DNA from: Candidatus Bathyarchaeota archaeon
GTDB lineage: Archaea; Thermoproteota; Bathyarchaeia; Bathyarchaeales; Bathycorpusculaceae
Direction of reading: 5' to 3'
Length of the DNA: 64,000 nt
Assembly (NCBI GenBank): GCA_963828195.1
Contig: CAWHDT010000003.1
Location: forward strand, 320,001 to 384,000
Below are positions 19,133 to 30,400 of this stretch, piece after piece; the first letter of the stretch is position 1, and every line of letters begins with the position of its first letter. A program made the translations under genes and the position numbers. The notes beneath the pieces are model-generated. The model was not told the DNA's origin. It ran no database searches and saw only the letters and a program-made list of their open reading frames with translations.

Positions 19133-19837
19133 CTATTCGAGTATTATTCTGGCGTCAACTGTTTTTGCGCCTTTCTCGTAAGCCATCACGGGGTTAAGGT
19201 CAAGCTCTTTGATTTCTGGGTTATCCATGACGAGGCGTGAAGTGGCAAACAATATGTTCACTAAGGCTTCGATGTCTGCGGGCGGCGAATTTCTGTACCC
19301 TTTCAGGAGCGGGTAAGCTTTAAGTTCTGTAATCATATCCCTTGCATCATCCATGGTTAGGGGCGCTATTTTGAAGTTTACGTCTTTGAGGATTTCAACA
19401 AAAATTCCGCCTAAACCAAACATCAATGTTTGACCGAACTGGGGGTCTTTGATGGCTCCCACAATAACTTCTGTTGACTGCGGCGCCATTTCCTGCACTA
19501 AAAGCCCCACGATTTTTGCGTTGGCATTGTATTTTTTTACGTTTTCCAAAATTTTCCTGTAAGCTGCCTTGACTTCATCCGCGGTTCTCAAGTTAACCAT
19601 AACGCCGCCAGCATCAGACTTATGAATTACATCAGGCGAAACAATCTTCAAAACAACTGGGTACCCAATTTCATCAGCAAAATCCGCCGCCTCATCTTCA
19701 TTTAACGCAACTTTAAATTTAGTAACAGGAATACCGTACTCCAAACAAACGACTTTGGCTTCCGGTTCAAGAAGCGCCTTTCTGCCCTCTTTTTTAGCTT
19801 GACTAATAATTTTCGAAGTCTGATTCATCTTAAGCAA
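19133..19837 (-). CDS. ADP-forming acetate--CoA ligase beta subunit (ATP-grasp)
   Basis: GYPVVLKIVSPDVIHKSDAGGV, DPQFG, FGLGGIFVE, ELDLNP. Confidence 0.92.
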   Translation of the reverse strand: MLKMNQTSKIISQAKKEGRKALLEPEAKVVCLEYGIPVTKFKVALNEDEAADFADEIGYPVVLKIVSPDVIHKSDAGGVMVNLRTADEVKAAYRKILENVKKYNANAKIVGLLVQEMAPQSTEVIVGAIKDPQFGQTLMFGLGGIFVEILKDVNFKIAPLTMDDARDMITELKAYPLLKGYRNSPPADIEALVNILFATSRLVMDNPEIKELDLNPVMAYEKGAKTVDARIILE

Positions 19838-20013
19838 CTCCCATAGACATTTGAGCTTATGACATACACTATTGCTTTAAAATTCTTTTGATAGGCTGAA
19901 AGCATTTGGATGATGCTGCTTGCTTGGTGTAGATGTGTTCAACACCCCAACATTACAATATATTGAGACATAAGACTTAATAAGTGTTGGGGTGAACCTA
20001 AATACGATTAACA

Positions 20014-21747
20014 ATGCAAAAGCCAAGCCTCAAACAAAAACTCAAAGAATCAACCTCCAAGCTACTGCACCCCAAAAACAAAAACAAATCACCCAACAAA
20101 AAAACTGCTGAAACCAAAGCTTCCACAGAAAGCAAACCAAACACCAACAAAAGATTCAAGCTCCCGAAAATCAATTTCGCCTCAAAAAAGAAAAAACCGG
20201 AACCAGAACTGCCTTCAGTAGCCAAATCGCTACCGAAAGGGATCAAAATTGCCGACAAATACCCATTGTACGAGCCGTTCTCGCAGGTTGTAATAGTTCA
20301 GGACCCTAAAACGGGAGAGTTCAAGTACGTTCTTGATGAGTTGCAGCTTGATCCAATGGAACGGGGAATATATAATCGCATCTTAGAAATGTTGCTTGCC
20401 GAAATTGAGTCGCCAAAAGGGCAAATAAAGGATCCCAGAAAATTTTTTGCTCAAGAAGCAAAAAAGATAGTGGACAAATACCGCATCAGCCTCGGCTGGT
20501 TGCCAGATGTTTCATGGTACAAAATCATCTATCATGCAGAACGTGACCTTGTCGGTTTCGGCTTAATCGATTCATTAATGCGTGACCCAAACATAGAAGA
20601 CATTTCATGCGACGGAGTAAACAGGCCAGTTTACATTTGGCACCGCGTCTTCGAAAGCATAGAAACCAACGTTCAATTTGAAAGCGACGAAGTCCTCGAT
20701 AACATGGTGGTTAAACTTGTTCACATGGCTGGAAAACACGTCAGCTCCGCTTTCCCAATAGTTGATGCTTCTCTCCCAGGAAAACACAGATTGGCAGTGT
20801 GTTACAGAAGAGAAATCACGCCTTTTGGAACAGCTTTCACGATCCGAAAGTTCCGAGATGATCCATATTCAATAATCGATTTAATCAACATAGGTACATT
20901 CACGGAAGAACTTGCAGCTTACCTGTGGATTTGTTTAGAAAACCGTGCTTCCATCATGATTCTGGGCGGAACAGCTGCTGGCAAAACCACCGCGTTAAAC
21001 GCAATGGCATGCCTGATTAAGCCTGGAAGCAAAATCATCACGATAGAAGAAACTGCTGAGTTAAACTTATCTGCTGAAAACTGGGTTTCATTGATTTCTC
21101 GTCAAAGCTACGGTTTAGGCGGAAGCAGCGTTGGCGAAGTACCGCTCTTTGACCTAGTAAAAGCTTCAATGCGTCACCGCCCCGACATGTTAATTGTAGG
21201 AGAAATTAGAGGTCAAGAAGCATACGTTCTATTTCAAGCCTTAGCTACCGGCCACGGCGGCATGGCAACAATGCACGCTGAAAATGTGGATACAGCAGTT
21301 AAACGGTTAACGCAGAAACCCATGGAAATTTCTCCAGCTTATATCCCATTAATGAACGTAATCATATCCGTTCAGCGTGTGCACCTCGTCAAGAACGGCG
21401 TAAAAAAGGCTTACAGGCGTATACTTGCCACTAGTGAAATTGTCGGCTTTGAAAATTATCTAAAAATCTTCCAATGGGATCCAAACGCTGACGTGCAAAA
21501 TCCGTATTTTGAAAACAGCGAGTTATTATCGTCGATAGCAAAACGTTCGGGTATAACAAGGGAAGAGTTGCTTGAAGAAATGAAAAGACGCAGTAATGTT
21601 CTGCGTTGGATGCGGCAACAAAAAATCAGAAGCTACAAGGAAGTAGCATCAATAATCGCAGAATACTACGCAAGACCGAAAGAATTTTACCAAAAAATCC
21701 ACGTAAACGAGGAGGTAAAACCAGTTGCCGTTTCTAGAGAAATTTGA
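20014..21747 (+). CDS. Type IV pilus/secretion assembly ATPase (VirB11/FlaI-like)
   Basis: DPNIEDISC, GGTAAGKTT, IEETAE, RHRPDMLIVGEIRG, ATGHGGMATMHA; Lys-rich N-terminal extension. Confidence 0.95.
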   Translation: MQKPSLKQKLKESTSKLLHPKNKNKSPNKKTAETKASTESKPNTNKRFKLPKINFASKKKKPEPELPSVAKSLPKGIKIADKYPLYEPFSQVVIVQDPKTGEFKYVLDELQLDPMERGIYNRILEMLLAEIESPKGQIKDPRKFFAQEAKKIVDKYRISLGWLPDVSWYKIIYHAERDLVGFGLIDSLMRDPNIEDISCDGVNRPVYIWHRVFESIETNVQFESDEVLDNMVVKLVHMAGKHVSSAFPIVDASLPGKHRLAVCYRREITPFGTAFTIRKFRDDPYSIIDLINIGTFTEELAAYLWICLENRASIMILGGTAAGKTTALNAMACLIKPGSKIITIEETAELNLSAENWVSLISRQSYGLGGSSVGEVPLFDLVKASMRHRPDMLIVGEIRGQEAYVLFQALATGHGGMATMHAENVDTAVKRLTQKPMEISPAYIPLMNVIISVQRVHLVKNGVKKAYRRILATSEIVGFENYLKIFQWDPNADVQNPYFENSELLSSIAKRSGITREELLEEMKRRSNVLRWMRQQKIRSYKEVASIIAEYYARPKEFYQKIHVNEEVKPVAVSREI

Positions 21748-23452
21748 GGCCCTTTCTTACCGCCTTTTCGGTCGTTTCACACCGTACTTTTTGACAAATG
21801 TTTTTCCAACTGTTAAAGGTTCTTTGGAGAAGGGACGGGTAAAAATTTACCCTCAAACTTACATTTCTATGATGTTCTTCATAGCTATTTTGACTCTTCC
21901 TGTCTCAGTGTTGGGTGTATTTCTTGTTTTGATTACTCGGTTTTTACCGCTCCTTGCTTTGGTACCGCTCCCGCTTTTTGTAATCGGCGGGTTCTTGCTT
22001 GTTCCCTCAAATAATGCCAGCGACCGAGCGACAAACTTGGAGCGTGAAATACCGTTTGCGGCAGCATATATCAGCGTCATGGCATCAGGCGGCATTGCAC
22101 CCTACACCAGCTTCAAACGTCTATCAGAAGTTGATCTTATGCCAGCTATGCGTAAAGAAGCACAGGATTTAATGAAAGACGTCGAAGTTTTTGGCGTTGA
22201 CCCACTATCGGCCCTGGAGCAAGCTGCAAAAAAAGTCCCGCTGGACATATTCAAAGATTTTCTGAGCGGTTACGCTTCAACAGTTATTATCGGCGGCGAC
22301 ATAGGACATTTCCTTGAACGCAAAGCAGAAGACATATTCAAAACCCGTGCGCTGCGCGTTAAAGCCGCTGCTGAACGTCTTGGAATGCTACTTGAAACCT
22401 TCATTATTGTTATGGTTATGATGTCACTTTGTTTCTACATACTCTTCGCTGTCCAGCAAATTCAGACAGGGACCAACACAGCAACCAACTTGTCCACGTT
22501 CTCAGGCATACTGATGTACACTTACCTTTTCTCGCCACTGCTCGCAGTAGTATTCGTTTATCTAGCTCACAGTATGCAGCCCAAAACGCCGATAGTAGAA
22601 ATGCGTCCCTACAAAATTTTTGGAATATGCAGCGTAATAGGCATATTTGTATTCTTGCTGCTCACAAACTTCATGGGAGCAACTCAACTTCCTCTCTTCA
22701 CCAACCTGATAGCCATGGGTCTTGATTTGCCTATAGCTCTAACGGTAGCCTTGTTTATCACTGCTGCTCCGGCAGCCTTAGTTCACATAAAATTGGCCAA
22801 AGCTAAAGAAAGCATGGAAGCGGGAATCACGAGTTTTCTCAGAGACCTCACGGAAGTGAGGAAAACAGGTCTGTCTCCAGAAAAATGCATCGAAAGCCTA
22901 TCCACCCGAGACTATGGCTCTTTCAGCAAGGAACTTCGTAAAATCAGCGCCGACATTTCCTGGGGGATCCCGCTCAAAAAGGTCATGATGGATTTCCTTC
23001 GCCGCACGCGCAGTTGGATGGTGCAGATAGTCATGTTTCTGCTAGTTGAAACTATAGATGTTGGCGGCGGCACCATCGCCATGATTGAATCCTTGGCACG
23101 CTTTAACAGTTTGACAGCCGAAGTGGATAAAGAAAAGAAAATGTCCGTTCGCCCCTACGTGATGATGCCCTATTTGGCGTCAATCTTGCTTGTCGCAACC
23201 ACCGTCATGATGATGAGCTTTACCACAGGCTTTGGCGCAACAACTACAACCGTCACCGCGGCATCTGCAGCAAGCAAAAGCCTGATGCAAACGATATTCA
23301 TGACCGCGGTTATCTTCAACAGTTATGTCATCGGAATAGTTGCTGGAAAAATAAGTGAAGAATCAATCTCAGCTGGATTCAAACATGCTGCAATCCTTGT
23401 TATAATCGCCTGTTTAGCTGCAAAACTCATACCCATGTTCGTGAAAATCTAG
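21725..23452 (+). CDS. Type IV pilus membrane platform protein (TadC/FlaJ-like, two GspF domains)
   Basis: Two GspF-like repeats (EREIPFAAAYISVMASGG; FLRDLTEVRKTG), C-terminal AGKISE...GFKH; overlaps the ATPase stop. Confidence 0.92.
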   Translation: MPFLEKFEALSYRLFGRFTPYFLTNVFPTVKGSLEKGRVKIYPQTYISMMFFIAILTLPVSVLGVFLVLITRFLPLLALVPLPLFVIGGFLLVPSNNASDRATNLEREIPFAAAYISVMASGGIAPYTSFKRLSEVDLMPAMRKEAQDLMKDVEVFGVDPLSALEQAAKKVPLDIFKDFLSGYASTVIIGGDIGHFLERKAEDIFKTRALRVKAAAERLGMLLETFIIVMVMMSLCFYILFAVQQIQTGTNTATNLSTFSGILMYTYLFSPLLAVVFVYLAHSMQPKTPIVEMRPYKIFGICSVIGIFVFLLLTNFMGATQLPLFTNLIAMGLDLPIALTVALFITAAPAALVHIKLAKAKESMEAGITSFLRDLTEVRKTGLSPEKCIESLSTRDYGSFSKELRKISADISWGIPLKKVMMDFLRRTRSWMVQIVMFLLVETIDVGGGTIAMIESLARFNSLTAEVDKEKKMSVRPYVMMPYLASILLVATTVMMMSFTTGFGATTTTVTAASAASKSLMQTIFMTAVIFNSYVIGIVAGKISEESISAGFKHAAILVIIACLAAKLIPMFVKI

Positions 23453-23467
23453 AAAGGAACAAAAAAC

Positions 23468-24361
23468 ATGTTGTCTACTAAAGCCCCAAAAAACATGCGA
23501 AGAAATGAACAGGCAATAAGCCCAGCTATTTCTACCGTTATCATGACAGCGGCTCTTGTGGTTCTAGTTTTCGTGGCTTTGAGCTTTGCAGACACCAGCC
23601 TAAACACTCAGCTGGCTGGAGACGAGTTTAATGCAAACAAGCAGTTCATGCAATCCACTGGCCAGCAGATAGATGACGTGGCATGGACAATTGGGAGAAC
23701 CGAAACAGTTGATTATACAGCCAAATACGGGCAAGTGGCATTTGAACCTAACGTTATTAACTATACTATTGAAATTAACACAGGAAGTTTAGGGCAGCCT
23801 CATTGGCAGACCATTTACAACTTTACAACCGGCATGGTCGTGTTCAACATGCCAGTAAGTGACTACAGTTTAGGCAACAATTACTTTACCCGAATAATAC
23901 CTTCCGACAACGGTTCATTTTTGCAATGGAACGCTTCTGCGCCAGTTTGCCAAGTATTTGCTAGGCAAGTGGCACCCATGCAGGATGGAAGTTACGCGAG
24001 AATAGTTGCAGTTCCCACAGTTAGAGCATTAAATTCGACCCTGAATACAGGGAACGGGAACTTGAATTGCTATACGTTTTACTTGCCACAGCTTTTCAGC
24101 ACCTCAAATCCATATCTTTCGCAATCTGTCACGTTAACTGGAGTAGGTTTGACTAGCTTAACTCCAAGTGGTACTATTTCTCAAGTTCGCATAAACGGAA
24201 CGGCCTTGGCAGCGCCGTCAACTCCCCCAGGGTTCAATACTGCGTTCTTCAACTTTGACCACACTTCAGAAACTGTTTCAATTACTTCTTCGGGGTCTCT
24301 TTCCTCATTAATTGAATTTTACATAGGCTCAGTAGAAGTCTCGATAGGGATGGCATCTTAA
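23468..24361 (+). CDS. Type IV pilin-like protein with class III signal peptide
   Basis: RRNEQA|ISPAISTVIMTAALVVLVFVAL. Confidence 0.85.
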   Translation: MLSTKAPKNMRRNEQAISPAISTVIMTAALVVLVFVALSFADTSLNTQLAGDEFNANKQFMQSTGQQIDDVAWTIGRTETVDYTAKYGQVAFEPNVINYTIEINTGSLGQPHWQTIYNFTTGMVVFNMPVSDYSLGNNYFTRIIPSDNGSFLQWNASAPVCQVFARQVAPMQDGSYARIVAVPTVRALNSTLNTGNGNLNCYTFYLPQLFSTSNPYLSQSVTLTGVGLTSLTPSGTISQVRINGTALAAPSTPPGFNTAFFNFDHTSETVSITSSGSLSSLIEFYIGSVEVSIGMAS

Positions 24362-24380
24362 TGCTGAAGAGGTGTGAAAT

Positions 24381-24857
24381 GTGGCAAATATAACCATTGA
24401 GTACATGATTTTGATTCCAATTTTAATCTTACAAATATTCCTGTTGCCATACGCTACGGGCATTTTCATGAGTTACTGGACAACATCAAGCGACACGCTT
24501 GCCCTCAACAACGCTTGCACTCATATAAGTGCCTCAATAGGGCAACTCTACTTGTTCTTAAACAACCCTTCTGTTTCATCTGGAACAGTAACGAACAATC
24601 TTGGCATTTCTACATACATCGGAAACTATGCTTACAGTGGAAACGCGACTTTGAACTCCTCTTCTGGCTCTGGCTCGGGGGCAGTCTTAGAATTAACCCT
24701 GACTTTGATAGGGAGTTCAATTTCGACTACCGCGCCAGTTACTTTGGGGAACAATGTTCAATGGGTGAACTCTACTCTTGTGAGTAACTCAAATCTCAAT
24801 TGCGTTATTGGACAAAAAGAAAGCAACAACACAATTTTGCTATCTTTTGGGACTTAG
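24381..24857 (+). CDS. Minor pilin-like protein
   Basis: MANITIEYMILIPILILQIFLL: TIEY plus hydrophobic helix; GAGGTG RBS upstream. Confidence 0.75.
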   Translation: MANITIEYMILIPILILQIFLLPYATGIFMSYWTTSSDTLALNNACTHISASIGQLYLFLNNPSVSSGTVTNNLGISTYIGNYAYSGNATLNSSSGSGSGAVLELTLTLIGSSISTTAPVTLGNNVQWVNSTLVSNSNLNCVIGQKESNNTILLSFGT

Positions 24858-24868
24858 GAGGAAATGAA

Positions 24869-26083
24869 GTGTCAGGTGTAACTATTGATCATCTCGTTTC
24901 AGTTGTGGTGCTTGTAGCTGCCGTGCTGCTTTTTATTGCTCTCTTTAATAACACACTTTCTGTCGCGGTGGATTATCAGCGCAATACTTCAACCGCAGGA
25001 GAGTGTAGTGATCTCTTAGATTCAATATTGCTGACGCCGGGAATTCCAACAATTGGCACCCCGGTGGAGTTTGGGCTACAAGATCCATCGTTGACACAAT
25101 ATCAACTTAATGCCTTTGCGTTGATGCGTCTAGATTCATCATCTGGGACAGCTGTAAGCTATCAGAAAACAAGCCTTACCTATAGCAATATTACTAGCCC
25201 TAACAGTTATTTGCTTTATCCATACAGCGACATGGTTAATTATTCTACGGCATTGTCGTTGCTTGGAATAAACGGCACTTACGGATTTCAGCTGTCTTTG
25301 ACCCCAACAGTGGCTGTATCTATAACTCCAACCAGCACCATCAACAATCCTTTGAACTTAACGATAAACGTGAGAGGAACCGGTTTTCCACTCGGCTACG
25401 CTGACATTAACTACATTCTGGTTCCGGTGTCTCTTGCCAGCACTTACCCAATTTTTGAAACTCTAAGCGATCAAGCTGGAACGGTAGAAACTAATAGCTT
25501 AGGCTCGGCTTCTGTGACATTTTCCGATTTCTCGCCGAACCCAAATTTGACTTACGCGTTTGTAGCTTATGCCTACCTTGACGGAGTCACAGGCGTAGGA
25601 TACTATGTGCCTGCTCCATTGGGAGATCAAAGCATTGTTCCATTCATTAATCCGCTTTCTACTGAAAGTGTAACTTTGGCAAATAGCGCTGACGTTCCCG
25701 ACACCTCCAATACTGCAAGTGCTTTGAATTACAATGCAACTTTCATTTTAGAAGGCGAAAACTACGCCATTCAAGAGACTTCGCTTGGAAGTTCTAATCC
25801 ATCTGGCTCGGTAACCTCGGGCTCAGGATATCCATCTATTACCCTCTCAATGGGTTCTTACAGTCCTGGCATTCTTGTAATAGCATACAGTAACTCTGAC
25901 AACAGCGGCGTCACTCTTGTGCCCTGGGGATTTGGTTCTTTAGGTTTTCCCATGACGTTTGGAGGAAGCCCGATAAATCAAGGGTGGGTTGCAACGGACT
26001 TGCGTCAAGTGCAAATCAGCGGGATTTCTTACCAGGCCAAGCTTTCCATTTGGAGCGAACAAAGCTATTCGGAGGCAGGCTAA
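24869..26083 (+). CDS. Minor pilin-like secreted protein
   Basis: GTG start after AGGAGG; MSGVTIDHLVSVVVLVAAVLLF N-terminal helix; S/T/N-rich body. Confidence 0.75.
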   Translation: MSGVTIDHLVSVVVLVAAVLLFIALFNNTLSVAVDYQRNTSTAGECSDLLDSILLTPGIPTIGTPVEFGLQDPSLTQYQLNAFALMRLDSSSGTAVSYQKTSLTYSNITSPNSYLLYPYSDMVNYSTALSLLGINGTYGFQLSLTPTVAVSITPTSTINNPLNLTINVRGTGFPLGYADINYILVPVSLASTYPIFETLSDQAGTVETNSLGSASVTFSDFSPNPNLTYAFVAYAYLDGVTGVGYYVPAPLGDQSIVPFINPLSTESVTLANSADVPDTSNTASALNYNATFILEGENYAIQETSLGSSNPSGSVTSGSGYPSITLSMGSYSPGILVIAYSNSDNSGVTLVPWGFGSLGFPMTFGGSPINQGWVATDLRQVQISGISYQAKLSIWSEQSYSEAG

Positions 26084-26085
26084 TT

Positions 26086-27426
26086 ATGATGCGAACAGTT
26101 GAAGTTGTGCTGGTCATATTGCTTTTGGGCGGGGCATATGTAGCTGTCTCAAGCTATATTACGCTTCCATCTCCAAGCAGTGTTTCTCCAGTCAACTTGA
26201 ATCAGCTTGCTTACACTACTCTGCAAGAATTGGACTCACGTTATGATTTGAGCTCAGTTGCCTTCCAAAATAGTAGTAGTCCTCAATGGGGTCTGCTTCA
26301 AATTGCGCTTCAGGCATCGTTGCCGCCAAACATGGTTTACAACCTTACGGTATACAACGTAAACACCGCCTCAAACGGAGCACCCTTATACTCAAGCATA
26401 TCTTCAATTTCCGACGCGGCCAATCTGCCAACTTCAGATTCGGTTTCATCACTAGAAGCCTCCTCCAATGTAACCTACATATCAACACCGCAACAAATTT
26501 CTGCAGATGGCGCTCCAGTAACGCTTTACATTTTAGATTGCAGCGACACAAACGGCTGGTGGATCACCGGCTATACTCCTCAAAGCCTAGCTCAAACAGT
26601 CTACAGCCTTCTTTCCCCTTACTTTAAAAACACTATCATGGTTCAAAATACGAATCAATTAAATCAGTTACTAAGTGGACAGTCGCTTCAAGGAGAAACC
26701 GTCAACAACGCTATTGTCATCAATACTTGCGGTGAAGCTGTACCAATTCCTACGAGTTTTAGCAGTCCTACTGGTCTCAATTATACCCAAGGCTACAACT
26801 CTACCGAAAATTCGTTTGCACCATACGATTACACTTTAGGTAAAGTTACAGAGGACTACAATTGGACTTGGGTTAGCATAGTGGGCTGGCCCTTCTATTA
26901 CGTCACCAATACAGGTTCCCTAAGCAGTTCTCAAAACACTTGGGGTATATACGGAATGAACATGGTCGGTTCAGAGGGACTAAGCGCTTTTCTTGAAGGA
27001 TTGGATAACCAACCCTACTCCTACACCGCCTCTTCCGTAGGTCAACCCGGAGTCGTGTCTTTATCAAGCCAGACTCAAAGCTTATGTAACTATTATGGGC
27101 TTTACCCCTCTGTTAATCAGACTTCGACACGCGCATTATCTAGCTCAATAACAACGCAATACAATTTGACAGTCACAACCTCTCTATTCAGTCCTGTCAG
27201 TAACTGTAATCCTGGTGCTGTCTACGAACACCATTGGACTACCAATGGCGTTACGAACTATCAGGGTGGCTTTTTTGCGCTAGGAATGACTAGGATTCCC
27301 GATATTAGACTGACTGCTTTAGGTATCCTATGTGATTATCAGCCAACTAGGTATGGTTCTTTGTATACGGCTGCAGGAAGCAACCGACTTGTGGTGCTTC
27401 AATTGGGAACTGTTGGGGGCGGATAA
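26086..27426 (+). CDS. Minor pilin-like secreted protein
   Basis: MMRTVEVVLVILLLGG N-terminus; start 2 nt after the upstream stop; S/T/N-rich. Confidence 0.75.
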   Translation: MMRTVEVVLVILLLGGAYVAVSSYITLPSPSSVSPVNLNQLAYTTLQELDSRYDLSSVAFQNSSSPQWGLLQIALQASLPPNMVYNLTVYNVNTASNGAPLYSSISSISDAANLPTSDSVSSLEASSNVTYISTPQQISADGAPVTLYILDCSDTNGWWITGYTPQSLAQTVYSLLSPYFKNTIMVQNTNQLNQLLSGQSLQGETVNNAIVINTCGEAVPIPTSFSSPTGLNYTQGYNSTENSFAPYDYTLGKVTEDYNWTWVSIVGWPFYYVTNTGSLSSSQNTWGIYGMNMVGSEGLSAFLEGLDNQPYSYTASSVGQPGVVSLSSQTQSLCNYYGLYPSVNQTSTRALSSSITTQYNLTVTTSLFSPVSNCNPGAVYEHHWTTNGVTNYQGGFFALGMTRIPDIRLTALGILCDYQPTRYGSLYTAAGSNRLVVLQLGTVGGG

Positions 27427-30400
27427 ATGGACAATAAGGGACAGTTCACTATTATTGCGGCTTTACTTGTGGCGATAGTTCTTGCGGGTACATTGATAGC
27501 GGTGTATGCGACAATCCGCTATGATTCAAGTCAAAGTCAAACGCCTCAGACACTAACATCGACCGATGAAACAAACTCAGCAATCCTGAAAGCCTTAGGC
27601 TTTACCGTAGGCTATTACGGCTCAATTCTTCAGGTAACAGGCAATCAAACGTATGCTCTTGGTCAATCGAAGACTTACATGGAAAGCGCTTTGCAATACA
27701 TAGAAAACATGAACCCATCATTGGGCGAATCGATAAACATGACAAGCCTCAACCTTGGCACAACTTGGTTTTCAAACCCAAGCATCAGCACAGGTACGCT
27801 TTCAGTTGTTTATAACTTAGCTGACCTCGGCATCTACGGCGTAAATTACACGACTTCTTGCAGTTTAGGCGTTCAAATATTTAATTCACCAAACAGCAAT
27901 CAAGTATGCCTAAATGTGACCCAGGACTTAAATGAACCTTTAACCAGTTTAGGGCAACAGAACTTTGATTTCTACTTTTACAATTACACAGCTAGCGATT
28001 GGCAGCTAATAAATTCAAATTCAAATCCAACGATTTTCACTAATGGCACATATTTAATCAACATTCCTTCAGAGGTAACATCTTCTTCATTTATGGTTCA
28101 AGTGACTGATTCACGGGGAATAATGGTTGAGGCATCTTCATTCAACAGTTACAACATAAACTTCGGGTTTTCTTCTCAAAGCTCCTCAGCACCCACCTTA
28201 GTTGAGTTATTGCAGAACGGCACTATGCTGTGGTCTGGGCAAGACCTATTAAATACAACTCAAGCCCAACCAATCCCGCCGGTTCCAGTAATGGCCCTTA
28301 ATTTATGTCAAAACGGCGCGACTTCAGATATTCCATTTCAAGTGGAAGATTGGGCATCAGGATATATGATTCCGTTAGGTCTAAGTAGCAATTATACTAT
28401 CTTTAGCAGCGACCAAATGCTCGTTTTTGAAGTAAGTCCCTCAATGTCACAATTGACGTTATGGTGGAACGGAAGTGACACAGCAGTGCAGTCCTCTGCA
28501 GCCTATGTAGACACTTGTTTCACTGTTGGCAGCTCAACAATTCCCTCCCTTTCAAATGGAAACATGACGCTACAATTCAGCTATCCAGAAGACAGTGCAG
28601 GAGACAGCATCTTTCAGGTAACATCGAATGTAAACGGTGTGACTAGCACCACAAATTTCATGCGCATCAACAGGGACAATAGCACGTATGGATCGGGTTC
28701 GCCTGCCTTCATAATAGAATATGGCGTAGTTAGAGATATTGTTCAGGAAGAAGGCGAATGGGGCAACGAGGGGCCTACTAACTGCTCGGATGTTTACTCG
28801 CAAATCGCGCTTACATTTCCAGCGAATGCAACATACTTTACATATCAGCTTAGACTAATTTTCGTAAACGCTTCTACGGCGCCTACGGCCAGCAATATCA
28901 GCGATATCAGTCTAATTCGGCTGACGACTTCAGCAACTCAGCCCCAACAAGCTATAACTGAGAATGGAATTACAAACGGGATTCTAAATGTCACACTCGG
29001 CCCCGGAATCTTTAACGACAGCACAGGGAATAGCCATGATTGGAGTGAACTAATTAATAGCGCATCGCAAGGAGCGGGGATAATGTTCACAGATAGCGAG
29101 AATCAACAGCTCTATGCTTTTGATAATCTGGCTAATAATGAGCCTACAGGGGCAATTAACATAACTGGTTCTATTATTGAACTTGATCCTGTTACTTGTT
29201 TCGCTCCAGTTTTAAATTTCAATTCAGCTTTGGACTTAACTTGGTACGGGGACGTGGCTACTTTTAACGGCGTAAACCCCATTTATAACAGCAGCGGAAA
29301 CTCTGGTATCTGGCCTCTTGTGGCGCAACCGCCCTCGGTGACCATTAATCCGCAATCTGCAGCTTCGACGTCGATAACCATTTCTCCTTCGATTGGTTCA
29401 GGAAATAACAATGTTGTAGTATCAGGCGGCGGATTCATACCTGACTCTCAGATAACAATTACGGTCAACGGGAACACAACTACCACGATAAAGGCAACTG
29501 CTTACGGCGAAATTCCGTTAGGAACCACCGTTTTCATTTCAGCTACTGCGCCGGGGGGCTACACAATCGCTGCTACTGACACAAGTTCTGATTCAGCTTC
29601 AGCAAACTACATAATACCGCCAGTTGAAACCATTAATTTCCAAGTCAGCGGAATCGGCAGTGACGCAGGTTCCTCGACAATTCTAACAATCGATTCAGTG
29701 AATTATACGTACTCCACTCTTCCAGCCCAGTTCAGCTGGCCAGCAGAATCGACGCATACTATAACTGCGTCCGGAGTCGTTGCTGCAGGAGCTGGCAAGC
29801 AATACGTATGGGCATCATGGATTGATGGCGGAGCCCAAACACACACCTACATTGTTCCCAGCGCTAACACTACTGTTACAGCCAGCTTTGGGACTCAGTG
29901 GCAGGTTACCTTTAGCTCGCCTGGTTTAGATGCTTCAACGGCTTCAGGGACAGTTTTGACGGTTAACGGCACTAACGTTGCATATTCAGGTTTGCCATAC
30001 AATGTTTGGGTGAATAACGATGACGGGCTAGTTTACACTTACAATGCCTCTGTTTCAAGCACGACGGCAGGCAAACAATTTATTTTGGGGAGTGTGAGTC
30101 CCGTTTCTCCTTTAGTTGGAATCACTAGTGCGCTGGCAGTTACGGGCAGCTACACAACACAATACCAATTAACCCTGACTAGCAACTTTGGTACAACGAT
30201 CCCTGCTGGAGGAAGCACTTGGTACAATGCCGGCTCCACCGTAACAATTTCAGCAACTGCACCAAATGCAGGGGCTGGTGAGCAGTACAGCTGGAACGGT
30301 TGGGCGGGAACGGGCTCAGGAAGCTACACGGGCACAAATAATCCCGCCGCAAACGCAGTCACCATGAATGCAGCCGTTACTGAAGCTGCCTCGTGGATTC

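Noticed and set aside
20014-23452. Archaellum (flaI/flaJ) operon
   Set aside because: No FlaH ATPase, FlaF/G or archaellin-like genes; the downstream genes look like pilins and adhesins.
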